Shown here one piece after another: positions 1 to 11,500 of a stretch of 64,000 nucleotides of DNA. Position 1 is the first letter of the stretch. Each line of letters starts with the position of its first letter. The stretch is from an uncultured Candidatus Saccharibacteria bacterium (GTDB lineage: Bacteria > Patescibacteriota > Minisyncoccia > Phycocordibacterales > UBA9973). Both the position numbers and the translations under genes were made by a program. A model generated the notes under the pieces. That model saw only the letters and a list, made by a program, of their open reading frames with translations, searched no databases and was not told where the DNA came from. The stretch is from contig CAZCNB010000004.1 in NCBI GenBank assembly GCA_964500465.1, positions 1,160 through 65,159 of the forward strand. The letters run 5' to 3'.

Positions 1-2
1 TT

Positions 3-1388
3 ATTGGTAAAGCCCTTGAAGCTTGGACACCAAATAGTAGTGCACAAACTGTTATGGTTTATGTGGAACAAGGATTTTATGACGGACAAGGTATTGCTGA
101 ATTTGCTGGAATATCAACAGAGAGTGGAGTATTTGCTAGACAAGTATTACATAAATTCTTAACCGATGTACAAAATACTGATTCATCCTCTGATCTTTTG
201 GTAGACAGAATTGCGGTTGGAGTAGAACTTATAACACCTAAGGTTGTTGCTGATAAAGTCGAGCTCAATACTATAACTTCTGAAGGAGATAATGATATTA
301 GTTTGATTATTGGATCAAATGGTAAATTCACAATTGGAACAAATCAAACTTCACAAAGTCCGACTATAACTTTCGATTCACTCGGAAATGCTACGTTTGC
401 AGGTACTGTAACTGCAAAGGAAATCAATATAGATAACTTAGCTGGTATACAAGAAATTACTGAGCAAATAAACAATCTTGCTGAAGGGCAACAAGCATTT
501 ACTTTGACTGCGCAAGCCATGAATACTCTCACTCAAGCCCTTACTCTTGCACAATCTGACATCTTAAAATTACAGGGCGATTTAACAATAGCAAGTAATA
601 CAATAAACGGACTAAATGTTAGTATCTCTAACCTAGATAATAGATTAAAAGTTATTGAAAATTTCCTAACAAGAGACGCTGATGGTAATGTAAATGGAGT
701 TTCAATCAATATGCTTACTGTCACAGGTGATAGCGCATTCTCTGGTAAGGCACAATTTGATGGTTTATCATTCTTCTCAAATACAACTTCATTTAATGGA
801 GCTGTTACATTTGCTGATCAAACAGAATTTGCTCTACCACCTCTATACAACAAAGATAGCGCTGGGTATGCTCTGGTTAAACAAGGTGATAGGAGAGTAA
901 AGGTTGTGTTTACTAAGGAATATATAGCTACACCTGTTGTAAATACATCTGTTACTTTTGAAGCAGAAGACAATATTGATGATGCTTCAGCAAACACTTT
1001 ATTTAGTGAAGATGTAAGATTTATAATCGTAGGTAAAGATAACACTGGTTTTACTATATTGTTAAATAAACCAGCACCACGTGATATAAGGTTCTCTTGG
1101 AATGCTCTTTCTGTGAAAGACCCAACTGTATTTGAGAGTGTATTTGAAGGTTTAACAATTGAACCAACTCCAACACCACCTCCTACACCAAATGATAATT
1201 CTACTACGCCTATATCTTGTACATTGCCCCAAGTGTTAGATACCAACACTAATACATGTGTTGATCCTACAACTTCATCTGGGGACGGTTCTGGTAATAC
1301 AGATGGTGGATCACCAGATCAAAATACAAACCCAGATCCAACACCACAACCAGATCCAACACCACAACCAGATCCAACACAAGCCTAA
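3..1388 (+). CDS. 5'-truncated tail-fibre-like secreted protein. It has a coiled-coil segment, a C-terminal H-type-lectin-like domain and a Pro/Thr-rich PTPQPD x3 tail.
   Basis: The reading frame is open from position 3, so the gene probably begins upstream of the window. A heptad-like coiled-coil segment reads ITEQINNLAEGQQAFTLTAQAMNTLTQALTLAQSDILKLQ. The C-terminal region VKVVFTKEYIATPVVNTSVTF...GFTILLNKPAPRDIRFSWNALSV matches the H-type lectin pattern as I remember it (F..P.VV..S...GFTI....W.A). It ends in a PTPQPDPTPQPDPTPQPD repeat. Confidence 0.6.
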   Translation: MGKALEAWTPNSSAQTVMVYVEQGFYDGQGIAEFAGISTESGVFARQVLHKFLTDVQNTDSSSDLLVDRIAVGVELITPKVVADKVELNTITSEGDNDISLIIGSNGKFTIGTNQTSQSPTITFDSLGNATFAGTVTAKEINIDNLAGIQEITEQINNLAEGQQAFTLTAQAMNTLTQALTLAQSDILKLQGDLTIASNTINGLNVSISNLDNRLKVIENFLTRDADGNVNGVSINMLTVTGDSAFSGKAQFDGLSFFSNTTSFNGAVTFADQTEFALPPLYNKDSAGYALVKQGDRRVKVVFTKEYIATPVVNTSVTFEAEDNIDDASANTLFSEDVRFIIVGKDNTGFTILLNKPAPRDIRFSWNALSVKDPTVFESVFEGLTIEPTPTPPPTPNDNSTTPISCTLPQVLDTNTNTCVDPTTSSGDGSGNTDGGSPDQNTNPDPTPQPDPTPQPDPTQA

Positions 1389-1403
1389 TAATTATTTTTC
1401 GTT

Positions 1404-2354
1404 ATGAGTAGTATAGAAAAAAATTTAAATAAAAAAATCAGAAACCAGAAATCAATCATTTGGATACTTTCTATATTTTTAATTTTTGCTGGTTTTTTTT
1501 CTGTTAAATATTTTTTTAATGATCCATATAATGATTCAGAGTTTCCTATGCTTGATCCACTTCGTAAGTTTATTCCAGCGGAAAATTATATTACAAATAT
1601 AGAACCACTTCGACAATATCTTAGAGAATTGGGAGATAAATATCCAGATTCAATTACAATCTATTACGAAAATATAAATTCAGGCTCTAATATATCTATC
1701 AACAAAGATCTCAGATTATTCCCTGCGTCACTTTCAAAGTTGGTTCAAGCGATACTTATTGTAAAAAAGGTTGAGAACGGAATCTTATCGTTTGATCAAG
1801 AGTTAAAAGCAAAACCAGAAGACCTATCTTCAGGTTCAGGAACACTTTATGAGACTATAGGTAACGAATCAATAACAATTGATAATTTGTTGAAAGAGTT
1901 AATTATAAATTCTGATAATACTGCTCAAAACATTTTTAAGCACTACTTAGATTTTTCTGATTATGAAAAATTTCAGAATGCTACTGGTCTTCAAGATTTG
2001 TACAATAGTAATGGTTTTATATCTTCTAAAGAATATACTAGAATACTTCGTGTTCTATATACTTCAAACTTTTTGAAACCAGAGAATTCACAGAAGATTT
2101 TAGAGTATATGTCCAATTCTATTTTCAAAGATTATCTTTCTCAAGGTATACCAAAAGATATTAAATTTGCACACAAATACGGAGAAAATAAGGACTATGA
2201 TATTTTTGCTGACTCAGGCATTGTTTACATTCCTGGGAAACCATATATGATATCAGTCATTATTAAAGGCAAAGATTCTAGCCCAGAGACGAGAAAATGG
2301 GTGGTTGATTTAATGAAAAAGATATCAGAAATGGCTTATAACACAAGTAAATAA
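1404..2354 (+). CDS. Membrane-anchored serine hydrolase with a beta-lactamase class A / PBP-like fold
   Basis: There is an N-terminal TM helix (IIWILSIFLIFAGFFSV). An SxxK motif (PASLSKL) and an SDN motif (INSDNTAQN) are present. The third motif is degenerate (HKYG instead of K[T/S]G). Confidence 0.65.
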   Translation: MSSIEKNLNKKIRNQKSIIWILSIFLIFAGFFSVKYFFNDPYNDSEFPMLDPLRKFIPAENYITNIEPLRQYLRELGDKYPDSITIYYENINSGSNISINKDLRLFPASLSKLVQAILIVKKVENGILSFDQELKAKPEDLSSGSGTLYETIGNESITIDNLLKELIINSDNTAQNIFKHYLDFSDYEKFQNATGLQDLYNSNGFISSKEYTRILRVLYTSNFLKPENSQKILEYMSNSIFKDYLSQGIPKDIKFAHKYGENKDYDIFADSGIVYIPGKPYMISVIIKGKDSSPETRKWVVDLMKKISEMAYNTSK

Positions 2355-2528
2355 CACCAAATTACTGTTCAAAACTTAAAATATTTCAACTTAACTTAAC
2401 CATAGGTATTTATTCACAGGCTATACTATATATATTATTCTAAATATAGGTTATAATTACGAAGTATCTCTATCAATAACTTAAATACTCTAACTGGTCA
2501 TCTATCAAACCAGTAAAAGTAAAAGTCT

Positions 2529-5500
2529 GTGAAAAAAAATTTTACAAATTCAATAAGAATTTTTGCAATATTTTTCGTTGCGGTATTTTTATTTTCTTTT
2601 AATACAAAATTTACAGAAGCAGCAACAAGAACTTGGACTGGAACTACAAGTGGTTCATGGTCTGTAGCTTCCAACTGGGGAGGGACTGCTCCTGTTACTG
2701 GAGATGATCTAGTTTTTCCAAGTGGGGCATCAAACCTTTCAAATACTAATGACTTTATCGAAAATACAATTTTCAATTCTATAACTTTTTCTGGTAGCGG
2801 ATATACTATATCTGGGAATCCAATTATTTTAGGAGCTGGTCTTGCTGGAATAACGGACAGCGTGTCTTCAGGTGGTAATACTATTGCACTTGATATACGT
2901 CTTGATGTTACTCGAGATATAGTTGTTACTAATACAACTGAGACATTAACAATAAGTGGAAGAATTTCTGGTGTTGGGGGAATCAACAAAGAGGGAACTG
3001 GAAAACTTATTTTGTCTGGTGCCAATACTTTTGGTGGAATTTTAAAAATAAATGTTGGGGTAGTGAACGCACAAAATAATACTGCACTCGGAACAATTGC
3101 TGGTGGTACTGAAGTGGTTGGCAATGCTGCACTTGAGCTTCAAGGAAATATAAATATTAGTTATGAAGCTCTAGCGCTTAGAGGTTATGGTCCTTCAAGT
3201 GGTGGTGCTCTAAGAAATATTAGCGGTAATAATAATTTTTCTGGTTTGATTACAATGGTTGCTGGTGGTGCCGAGATATCATCTGATTCAGGAACACTAA
3301 CACTACTAGGCGGTAGCTCTGGAGGTTTCCCTTTAACTATAGATGGCTCAGGAAATATTACTTTCGACAAGACTCCAATCATTGCCGGTGCAACAGTCAC
3401 AAAAAATGGTGCTGGTACACTTAAATACAACTTTCCGAATACTTATACTGGATTAACAACAATTAATGCCGGGACACTTTTGTATGGGGTAGACAATGCA
3501 ATTCTTACAGGAGGTATAACAGTTACAGGAGGAACACTTGATATTGCAACTTATTCTGATATGGTTGGAACAGTTACACTTGGCACACTTGATCTTGCAA
3601 GTGGAACAATTACTGGAACTACTGGAATGTTGAGTAGCGCAACTTGGACACTATATAACGGTACTATTAGTGCAATTATTGCAGGAGACGGTGGAACTAT
3701 AACAAAAAGTACACCCGGGACTGTTGTTCTTACAAGACCAAATCAATTTACTGGTGCTGTTACTATTAGTACTGGTATTTTAGAAGTTCAGGATAGTAAT
3801 GCCTTAGGTCTTATTGATGGTATTACTACAGTTACAGCTGGTGCAACTTTACAAATCAATGGTAGTGGTCTCTCTATTCCTGAATACATAACTTTTTCTG
3901 GAACAGGTCATTTATATACAGGTGCAATTAGAAATAAAACAGGGAATAATACACTAACTGGATTACTAACTCTAGGTACGGCTGGGTTAATTGAATCAGA
4001 TTCTGGAACTACTCTAACTATTGATGGTAAGGGTCTTTCAGCTGCAAATATTGGTTTAGTTATAGGTGGTGCTGGGAATGTGACATTTACTTCAAATGCT
4101 CCTATTTATGGTTCTGGTGCTACTTTAACAAAAAATGATACTGGCACTCTAACTCTACAAGGGTTTAATAATTTTACTGGTTCTACTAACTTAAGTAGAG
4201 GGGAAATTGTCTTGAGTGGTTCAGGTGCTATACCAAACTCTGCTATCACTATTGGTAGCGGTGGTACTCTTACTATAGATAATTCTACAACATCTGCGCT
4301 AAATAGATTAAGTGAAACAGCAGCCCTCACAATGAATGGAGGAACATTCAAATTTATAGGTAGTAGCAGTGGAGATGTAGCTGAATCAACTGGCGCTCTG
4401 ACTCTGGCTTCTGGACATAATATTATTGATATTTCTCCTGGTAGTGGGGGGTCGACTACGATGACATTTTCTAGCTTATCGCGTACAGCAGGAGCAACCG
4501 CACTTTTTAGAGGAACAAATTTTGGGTCTAAGCCGGGGAGTAACGTTTCAACTTTAATGTTCACCTCAGCTCCTACTCTTATTGGTGGAGGAGGTGCAGC
4601 CAATTCTCCCACTATTAGTATTATTAAAGGTGTATTTGGTGACACCTCTCTCTCTGGAACTGGATCTGATATGGTTACTTACAATATTGGAAATACATAT
4701 GGTATCAGATTACTTAATAGCGTAGGCTTTACTGGAGAGTATTCAGGCGATCTTAATACTCCTAATGCTAATGTCAAACTCACTCTTGATCGAGCAGCAA
4801 CAACTACAAATACTAACTCAATAATTTTAGACGGTTTCAACATTACAAATCCAGGAGGTGCAACAACTCTACCTATTGCCTCAGCATCTCTTGCGGGTAA
4901 TATACTTATTGATTCTGCCACAAATATAGATGGTGCAAATACTACTTTAGGAATTACAACATTTGAGCTAAATATTTTAGCTTCATCAAACTCTACAATT
5001 TCTGCAGTTATCGGTACAGCTGTTGCCGGGTCACTTACTTTAAGTGGTACAGGAAATGTCACACTTAGTGGTGCAAGTGCTTATACTGGGACAACTTCGA
5101 TAAATAATGCGACTCTTACTGCAGGTGCGAACAACATTCTTTCAACTGGTGGGTTGACTGTTATTGGTGGAACTTATAATATTGGTAACTTTAGTGAAAG
5201 TTTAGGTGCTGTAATTTTACAAAATGGAACAATTACAGGAGGATCAGGTGTACTTACAAGTACCGCTTCTTATAGTTTTCGTGAAGGTACAGTAAGTGCC
5301 ATCATTGCAGGTGCTGTTGCTGTGACCCGTATTGCTACTAACACTGCTGCAGATAGCGTTGTTACTATGACACGTAACAATACTTATACTGGAGCTACTA
5401 CAATAACTAGTGGTATTTTACGTCTTGGAGGTGCGGGAGATGCAACCAATACACCACTTGGTACAACTGCAGGTAGTACTACTGTTGCCAACATTGCTGC

Positions 5501-8500
5501 TCTAGACTTAAATGGATTTACACTTGGTACTGCTGAAGCTATTTCAATAGCTGGACTTGGCTATGGACTTGGTTCAACTGTCGCAAATGGAAACAGTAAC
5601 CTGGGAGCCATAATGAATAGTTCTGCATCTGCTGTTTCTTACAGTGGTGCTATTACACTCACGGCTGCGGCACGCATAAATGCTGACTCTGGAAATTTAA
5701 CAATAAGTAGTGCCTTTTCAGGTGCGTTCGGTCTCACTATAGGAGGATTTAGCAATAGTACATTATCTGGTGTTATTGGTATAGGTACTGGAACTATAAC
5801 AAAAGATGGTATTGGAGTTCTTACTCTTTCAAATAGTAATACATACACAGGATCTACTACTATAAGTGCTGGTACTCTTAAACTTGGTGCAGCGGGCGGT
5901 GCAACTAATACCCCACTTGGTACAACTGCAGGCATTACTACAGTTTCAACTGGAGCTCGATTCGATTTAAATGGATTTACTCTTGGTGCCGCTGAACCTT
6001 TGACATTAAACGGTGTAGGATATGGTCTTGGAGATTTTGCAAGCGGTGCCCTTATAAATAGTTCTGGATCTACCGTCTCATACAGTGGTCTTATTACTCT
6101 TGGTTCGAGTGGCGTGCTCATTAAAGCTGACTCTGGAACAATAAATTTAACAAACACAGGAACTATATCAGGGGCAACATTTGCACTTACTTTAGGAGGT
6201 ACTGGCATCGGAACACTCTCTAGTATTATAGGAACAACAACTGGTACTGTTACAAAAATTGATACGGGTACTTGGACTCTATCTGCTGCAGCAAGTACAT
6301 ATACTGGTGCCACAACAATAAATAGAGGGACACTAAAACTTGGCGTTGCAGGGGGTGCTACAAACACACCTCTTGGTACAACTGGAGGAGGTACTTCTAT
6401 TTTATCTGGTGGTGTACTAGATTTGGCTGGATTTACCCTAGGTACTGCTGAAGCATTAACTATAAACGGAAGGGGAATTAATGATGGTGGAGCGTTGATT
6501 AACTCCGGAGGTGCTGCTACTTTTGCTGGAGCTATTACTCAAGCAACTGATTCTCGTATCACAAATTCTGGATCTGGACTCCTTACTCTAAGTGGAGCTA
6601 TTAGTGGTGTGTTTGCACTATATATAGGTGGTACTAATAACATTACAACTGCTGTCTTAGGTATGGGTACGGGAACACTTACAAAACAAGGATCAGGCAC
6701 AGTAACTGCAACTGGAACACACACTTATACTGGTGAAACAAGAATAGATGAGGGAACATTTGCATATGGAGCAACAACTACACTTGCTGCAACCAATCTT
6801 TTAATGAAAGGAGGAACATTTAATAGTGGCGCTAATGCCGATACTATTGGTACTGTTACCCTTGTTGGTGGAACGATTACAAACTCCGCTGCTCTTACTG
6901 GTACTGCATATACTTTTGAGAGTGGAACTATTAGTGGAATTCTTGCTGGTGCAGTTGCAGTGACAAAAAATACAAATAACACTGTAAACCTTACGGGAGT
7001 AAATACTATAAGTAGCACTATCACTATAAACGCTGGAACTCTTAGTTTAAGTGGGGCGGGTACTGCTACAGCGGTTACTGGCGTAACGGTAAACCTAGGA
7101 GGAACATTAACTCTTGATAACTCAACAACAAATAGTGGTGATCGATTAAGTGGTACAACAAACAACATTGTAATTACCATGAACGGTGGTAACCTCAACT
7201 TTATTGGTAATAGTGCAGCTGCAGCTTCTGAAACTTTAGGTAAACTTGCTCTTGCTTCAGGTCATAATGTTGTAACTGTAACTCCTGGTGCAGGAGGTTC
7301 TACAACTCTTACTTTTGGTAACAACCCTGGCTTTAACAGAACAGCCGGTGCAACAGTGCTTTTCCGTGGTACTAGTTTTGGAGCTACTCCTGCTGCAAAC
7401 GTCTCAACACTAATCTTTAGTACTGCACCAACACTTACTGGTGCAGCAGGTGCAGCTAATTCAACGACTATAAGTGTTATCAAAGGTGCTTTTGGAGATA
7501 GCTCGCTATCTGGTACAGGGTCTGATATGGTTACTTACAACGTAGGAAATACAAATGGTCTTAGACTTTTGAACGGTGCCGGTTTTGCTGGAGAGTATGC
7601 GACTGCGTTAACCACAAATACTAATGTAAAACTATCTGCAAATACTGTAGCAAGTACTGCAAGTATAAATTCACTTATTTTAAACGGCTTCGGTATAACA
7701 AATCCAGGAAGTGCTGCAACTCTTACTATAGGGTCTGCGTCACTTGCCGCAAATATATTAATGAATTCTTCAACTGATATTGCTGGAGCAAACACAACAG
7801 TTGCTTTTTCTACAGTTGAGCTTTCTGTTCTTGCAAATAACACATCGACAATATCTGCAGTACTTAATACTGCAGCATCTGGCCCTATGACTTTGAGTGG
7901 TTCAGGTAATGTTACTCTAAGCGCAGCTAATGCATACACTGGAACTACAACTATAAATAACGCTACTCTTACTTATGGCGTAAGTAACGCTATTTCAACT
8001 GGAGGTTTAACTATAGTTGGAGGCTTAGTAAACTTAAATGGTAACTCTGATACTGTTGGTACTATATCTATAAATGCAGGTAGAATTACTACTGGTGCAG
8101 GAACTCTTACAGGGAATGGAACTTTTTCAACTGTTGCAAATAATAATGTCGCTTCAACAATAACTGGAAACTTAGGACTTGGTGCTAATGCAACTTTTAC
8201 TATCAATGATGGGTTAATGGATAATGACGCTTTTATATCTGCTGTAATAAGTGGTGCATTTACTTTTGCAAAAGCTGGAGCTGGTGTTCTTGAATTATCT
8301 GGTAGTAATACATATACTGGTACAACAACAATCAGTGCAGGAATACTTCGATTAGGCGCAGCGGGAGATGCAACTAATACACCTCTTGGTACTACGGCTG
8401 GAAGCACAACTGTATCTGGTGCAAGTTCTGCTCTCGATCTTAATGGATTTACTCTAGGTACTTCTGAAGCTTTGACATTAAGTGGTGCGCTTGCAACTGG

Positions 8501-11500
8501 AGCACTTCAAAATACTTCAAGTACTGCTGTTGCATACAGCGGTTTAATAACCCTTGGTGCTGCAAGTACAATAATTTCAAACTATGGAGATGTAAATATA
8601 AGTAACACTGGAACTATTACTGGAGCAACATTTGGTCTTACTATCGGTGGTGCAGGCAACGGTACACTTTCAAGTATTTTAGGTACAACTTCTGGAACTT
8701 TAACTAAAAATGGTTTAGGTGTTTGGACTTTATCTGGATCAAGTACTTATACAGGCTTGACTACTATAAGTGCTGGTACTCTTAAACTTGGTGCAGCCGG
8801 TGGTGCAACTAATACTCCTCTTGGTACTACTGGTGGCGCTACATCTATAACAAGTGGTGCGATATTGGATCTTAATGGATTTACTCTAGGTACTTCTGAA
8901 GCTGTAACAATAAACGGTACTGGTATTGCAAACTACGGTGCTTTTATTAATAGTACAAACAATACAATCTCATATACAGGAGCTATTACTATGGGAGCAG
9001 CTTCACGTATCGTTAATTACGGGACAGGTGTTATGACTATATCTGGGAACATTTCAGGTAACTTTGCTCTTACAGTTGTAGCCGTTGGTAATTTCACACA
9101 AGCTACAAATAGTATTTGGTCAGGTACTGGTTCTCTTGTTAAAGAAGGTTCTGGAACTCTTATACTATCTGGGCAAAACACTATGACAGGAGCAATGACT
9201 GTAAGTACTGGTACTCTACAGTTAGGTGCTAATGGAGGAGTTACAAATACACCATTAGGTACTATTGCAGGGGGAGTAACGGTGTCTGCTGGGGCGGTAC
9301 TTGACCTTTCTACATTTACTGCCGGTGGCGCGTCTACTTGGGAACCATTAACTCTTAACGGTAGCGGACTATTAAATGGAGGTGCACTTATTAGTAATTC
9401 TACAACAGGTAGTAGTTTTGCAACTGTTGCTCAAACTAATGCTCGTGTTGTAAATAATGGTTCAGGCGCTTTAGTTATTACTGGTGCTGTAACTGGAGGT
9501 TCTACATTTTGGGTTGGGGGATCAGGTAACACTACAATTTCAGGAGCACTAAATACTGCAGGTTTACTTCTAACTAAATATGGTGCAGGAACTCTAACAT
9601 TAAGTAGTGCTACAAATATTAACACTTCACTTGTTCGTATCAATGCTGGAACTCTTGCTTATGGTGTTGCTGATGCACTTTCTACTCCACCAGTTACTGT
9701 TGCAGGCGGAACTCTCAACTTAAATGGATTTAATGAAACAAATCTCGGAGCCCTTACTCTTATTGATGGATCTGTTGTTAATACTGGGGCTGCAGCAACC
9801 CTAACTTCTACTGCTACTTATACACTAGAAAAAGGGACAGTGAGTGCTGTGCTTGGAGGAACCGTCGTTGCAGTAATAGCAAAAAATACAGCAGGTAAAG
9901 TTATCTTATCTGGTGACAATACATTTAGTGGTACCTCAGCTACTATAGCAGTGAATGCTGGTTATCTTAACCTACAACATAGTAATGCACTTGGTGCAGC
10001 TGCGAGTGCTAATACTACAACAATATCTGGTGGGGCAACGCTTGAACTTGAAAATAGCGTAACGATACCTAGTGTAAAAGCAATTACAGCAAATGGAACT
10101 GGTATGAGTAGAAGTGGCGCGATAAGAAGTGTGAGCGGTACTAATTCAATCGGTGCAAATGTTACCCTAGGTACTACTAATGTAAGAATAAATTCTGATT
10201 CGGGGACACTAACTATACCTACTATATCTGGAAATACTTTCAATCTTATTTTTGGTGGAGCAGGCAATACAACTGTAAGTGGTGCTATTAGTACTACAAC
10301 AGGTAGTCTAACTAAAGATGGAGCTGGAAGTCTTACTTTATCAGGGGTAAATACTTACACAGGAAGCACAACTGCAATAGCGGGTACTATCGTAGCCAAT
10401 AGTACTTCTTCTATAGGTGATGGAAGTAATGCAAACAATACTTTCATATTCAGAGGCGGGACACTTCAAGCTACTGGCACTATAACTTCAGCTTCAACTC
10501 GTGCATTTAGTCTTGCTACAAATGCTATCATTGATACAAACGGAAATAGCATAAGTATTGCTGGTACCGTTGGTTCAACAGGGGGTCTTACAGTAAATGG
10601 TGCAGGTACTCTCACTCTCACTGGGACAACTACTATCGGTGGTAATCTCACTATTGCGTCTGGTACATTTGTTGCACCAACTACCATGACTGTAAACGGA
10701 GATTTTAGTAATAGTGGTACATTTACACACAATAACGGTAGTTTGACTCTAACTCCAACCAACTCAACACTTACAACAAATATTTTAGGTAGTTCCAATA
10801 CAACATTTTATAATTTAATCAATACAACTCCAGGTTCAACAGTCAAACTTAAAGCTGGTAATACATATACGTTTGCAAACGTCCTAAATCTAACCGGAGT
10901 TGATGGTAATCCTATTTCAATAAATTCTGATACCCCTGATTCACAATGGCTAATGACACTATCAGGTTCAAGTTCAATTTCTTACTTGAAAGTTAAAGAT
11001 TCTGGATGTAGCGGAGGTAATAGTGTTGGAGCAAGTAGTAATATATACAATTACGGCAATAACGGTCCTTGCTGGTCTTTTGTTACTCCTACTCACGGAG
11101 GAGGAGGTGGTGGTTATATAGAAGGATCAGGTGCACTTGGTACTGTAGTTCTTACTGGAAATGTAGTTACTGGAGTTATTATTACCAATGGCGGAGGTGG
11201 ATATTCTACTCCACCAACGGTTAAATTCTGTGGCGGCGGTGGATCCGGAGCTCTAGGGACAGCAGTTTTAAGTAGTGGATCTGTTTCAAGTGTTACTATC
11301 GATAACGGTGGCTCCGGCTACAGTTCTTCAGTTACAGTTGTATTTGGCAGCAATTGTCCTACAACTGGCGGGGGCGGCGGAGGAACTGGAGGTAGTAGTA
11401 GTGCACGCGCAACTGCAGTAGTGTCTTCAAATGTTGTTCAGAGTGTAACTATAGATTTTGGTGGTAGTGGTTACACATCTACTCCAACAGTTAAATTCTG

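Noticed and set aside
1-2354. Prophage call based on the tail-fibre-like ORF
   Set aside because: Only one phage-like gene is visible. Downstream is a PBP-like hydrolase and then the giant surface gene. There is no integrase, terminase, capsid gene or att-like repeat in the window.
2498-10798. Numerous long antisense ORFs inside the giant gene (e.g. 2498..3124, 4106..4645, 5639..6367, 6725..7198, 7535..8407, 9962..10798)
   Set aside because: They are artefacts of the Gly/Thr/Ser codon bias of the sense strand, whose reverse reading frames contain few stop codons. Their translations are low-complexity Pro/Val/Ala strings, and they lie fully inside a strongly supported CDS.
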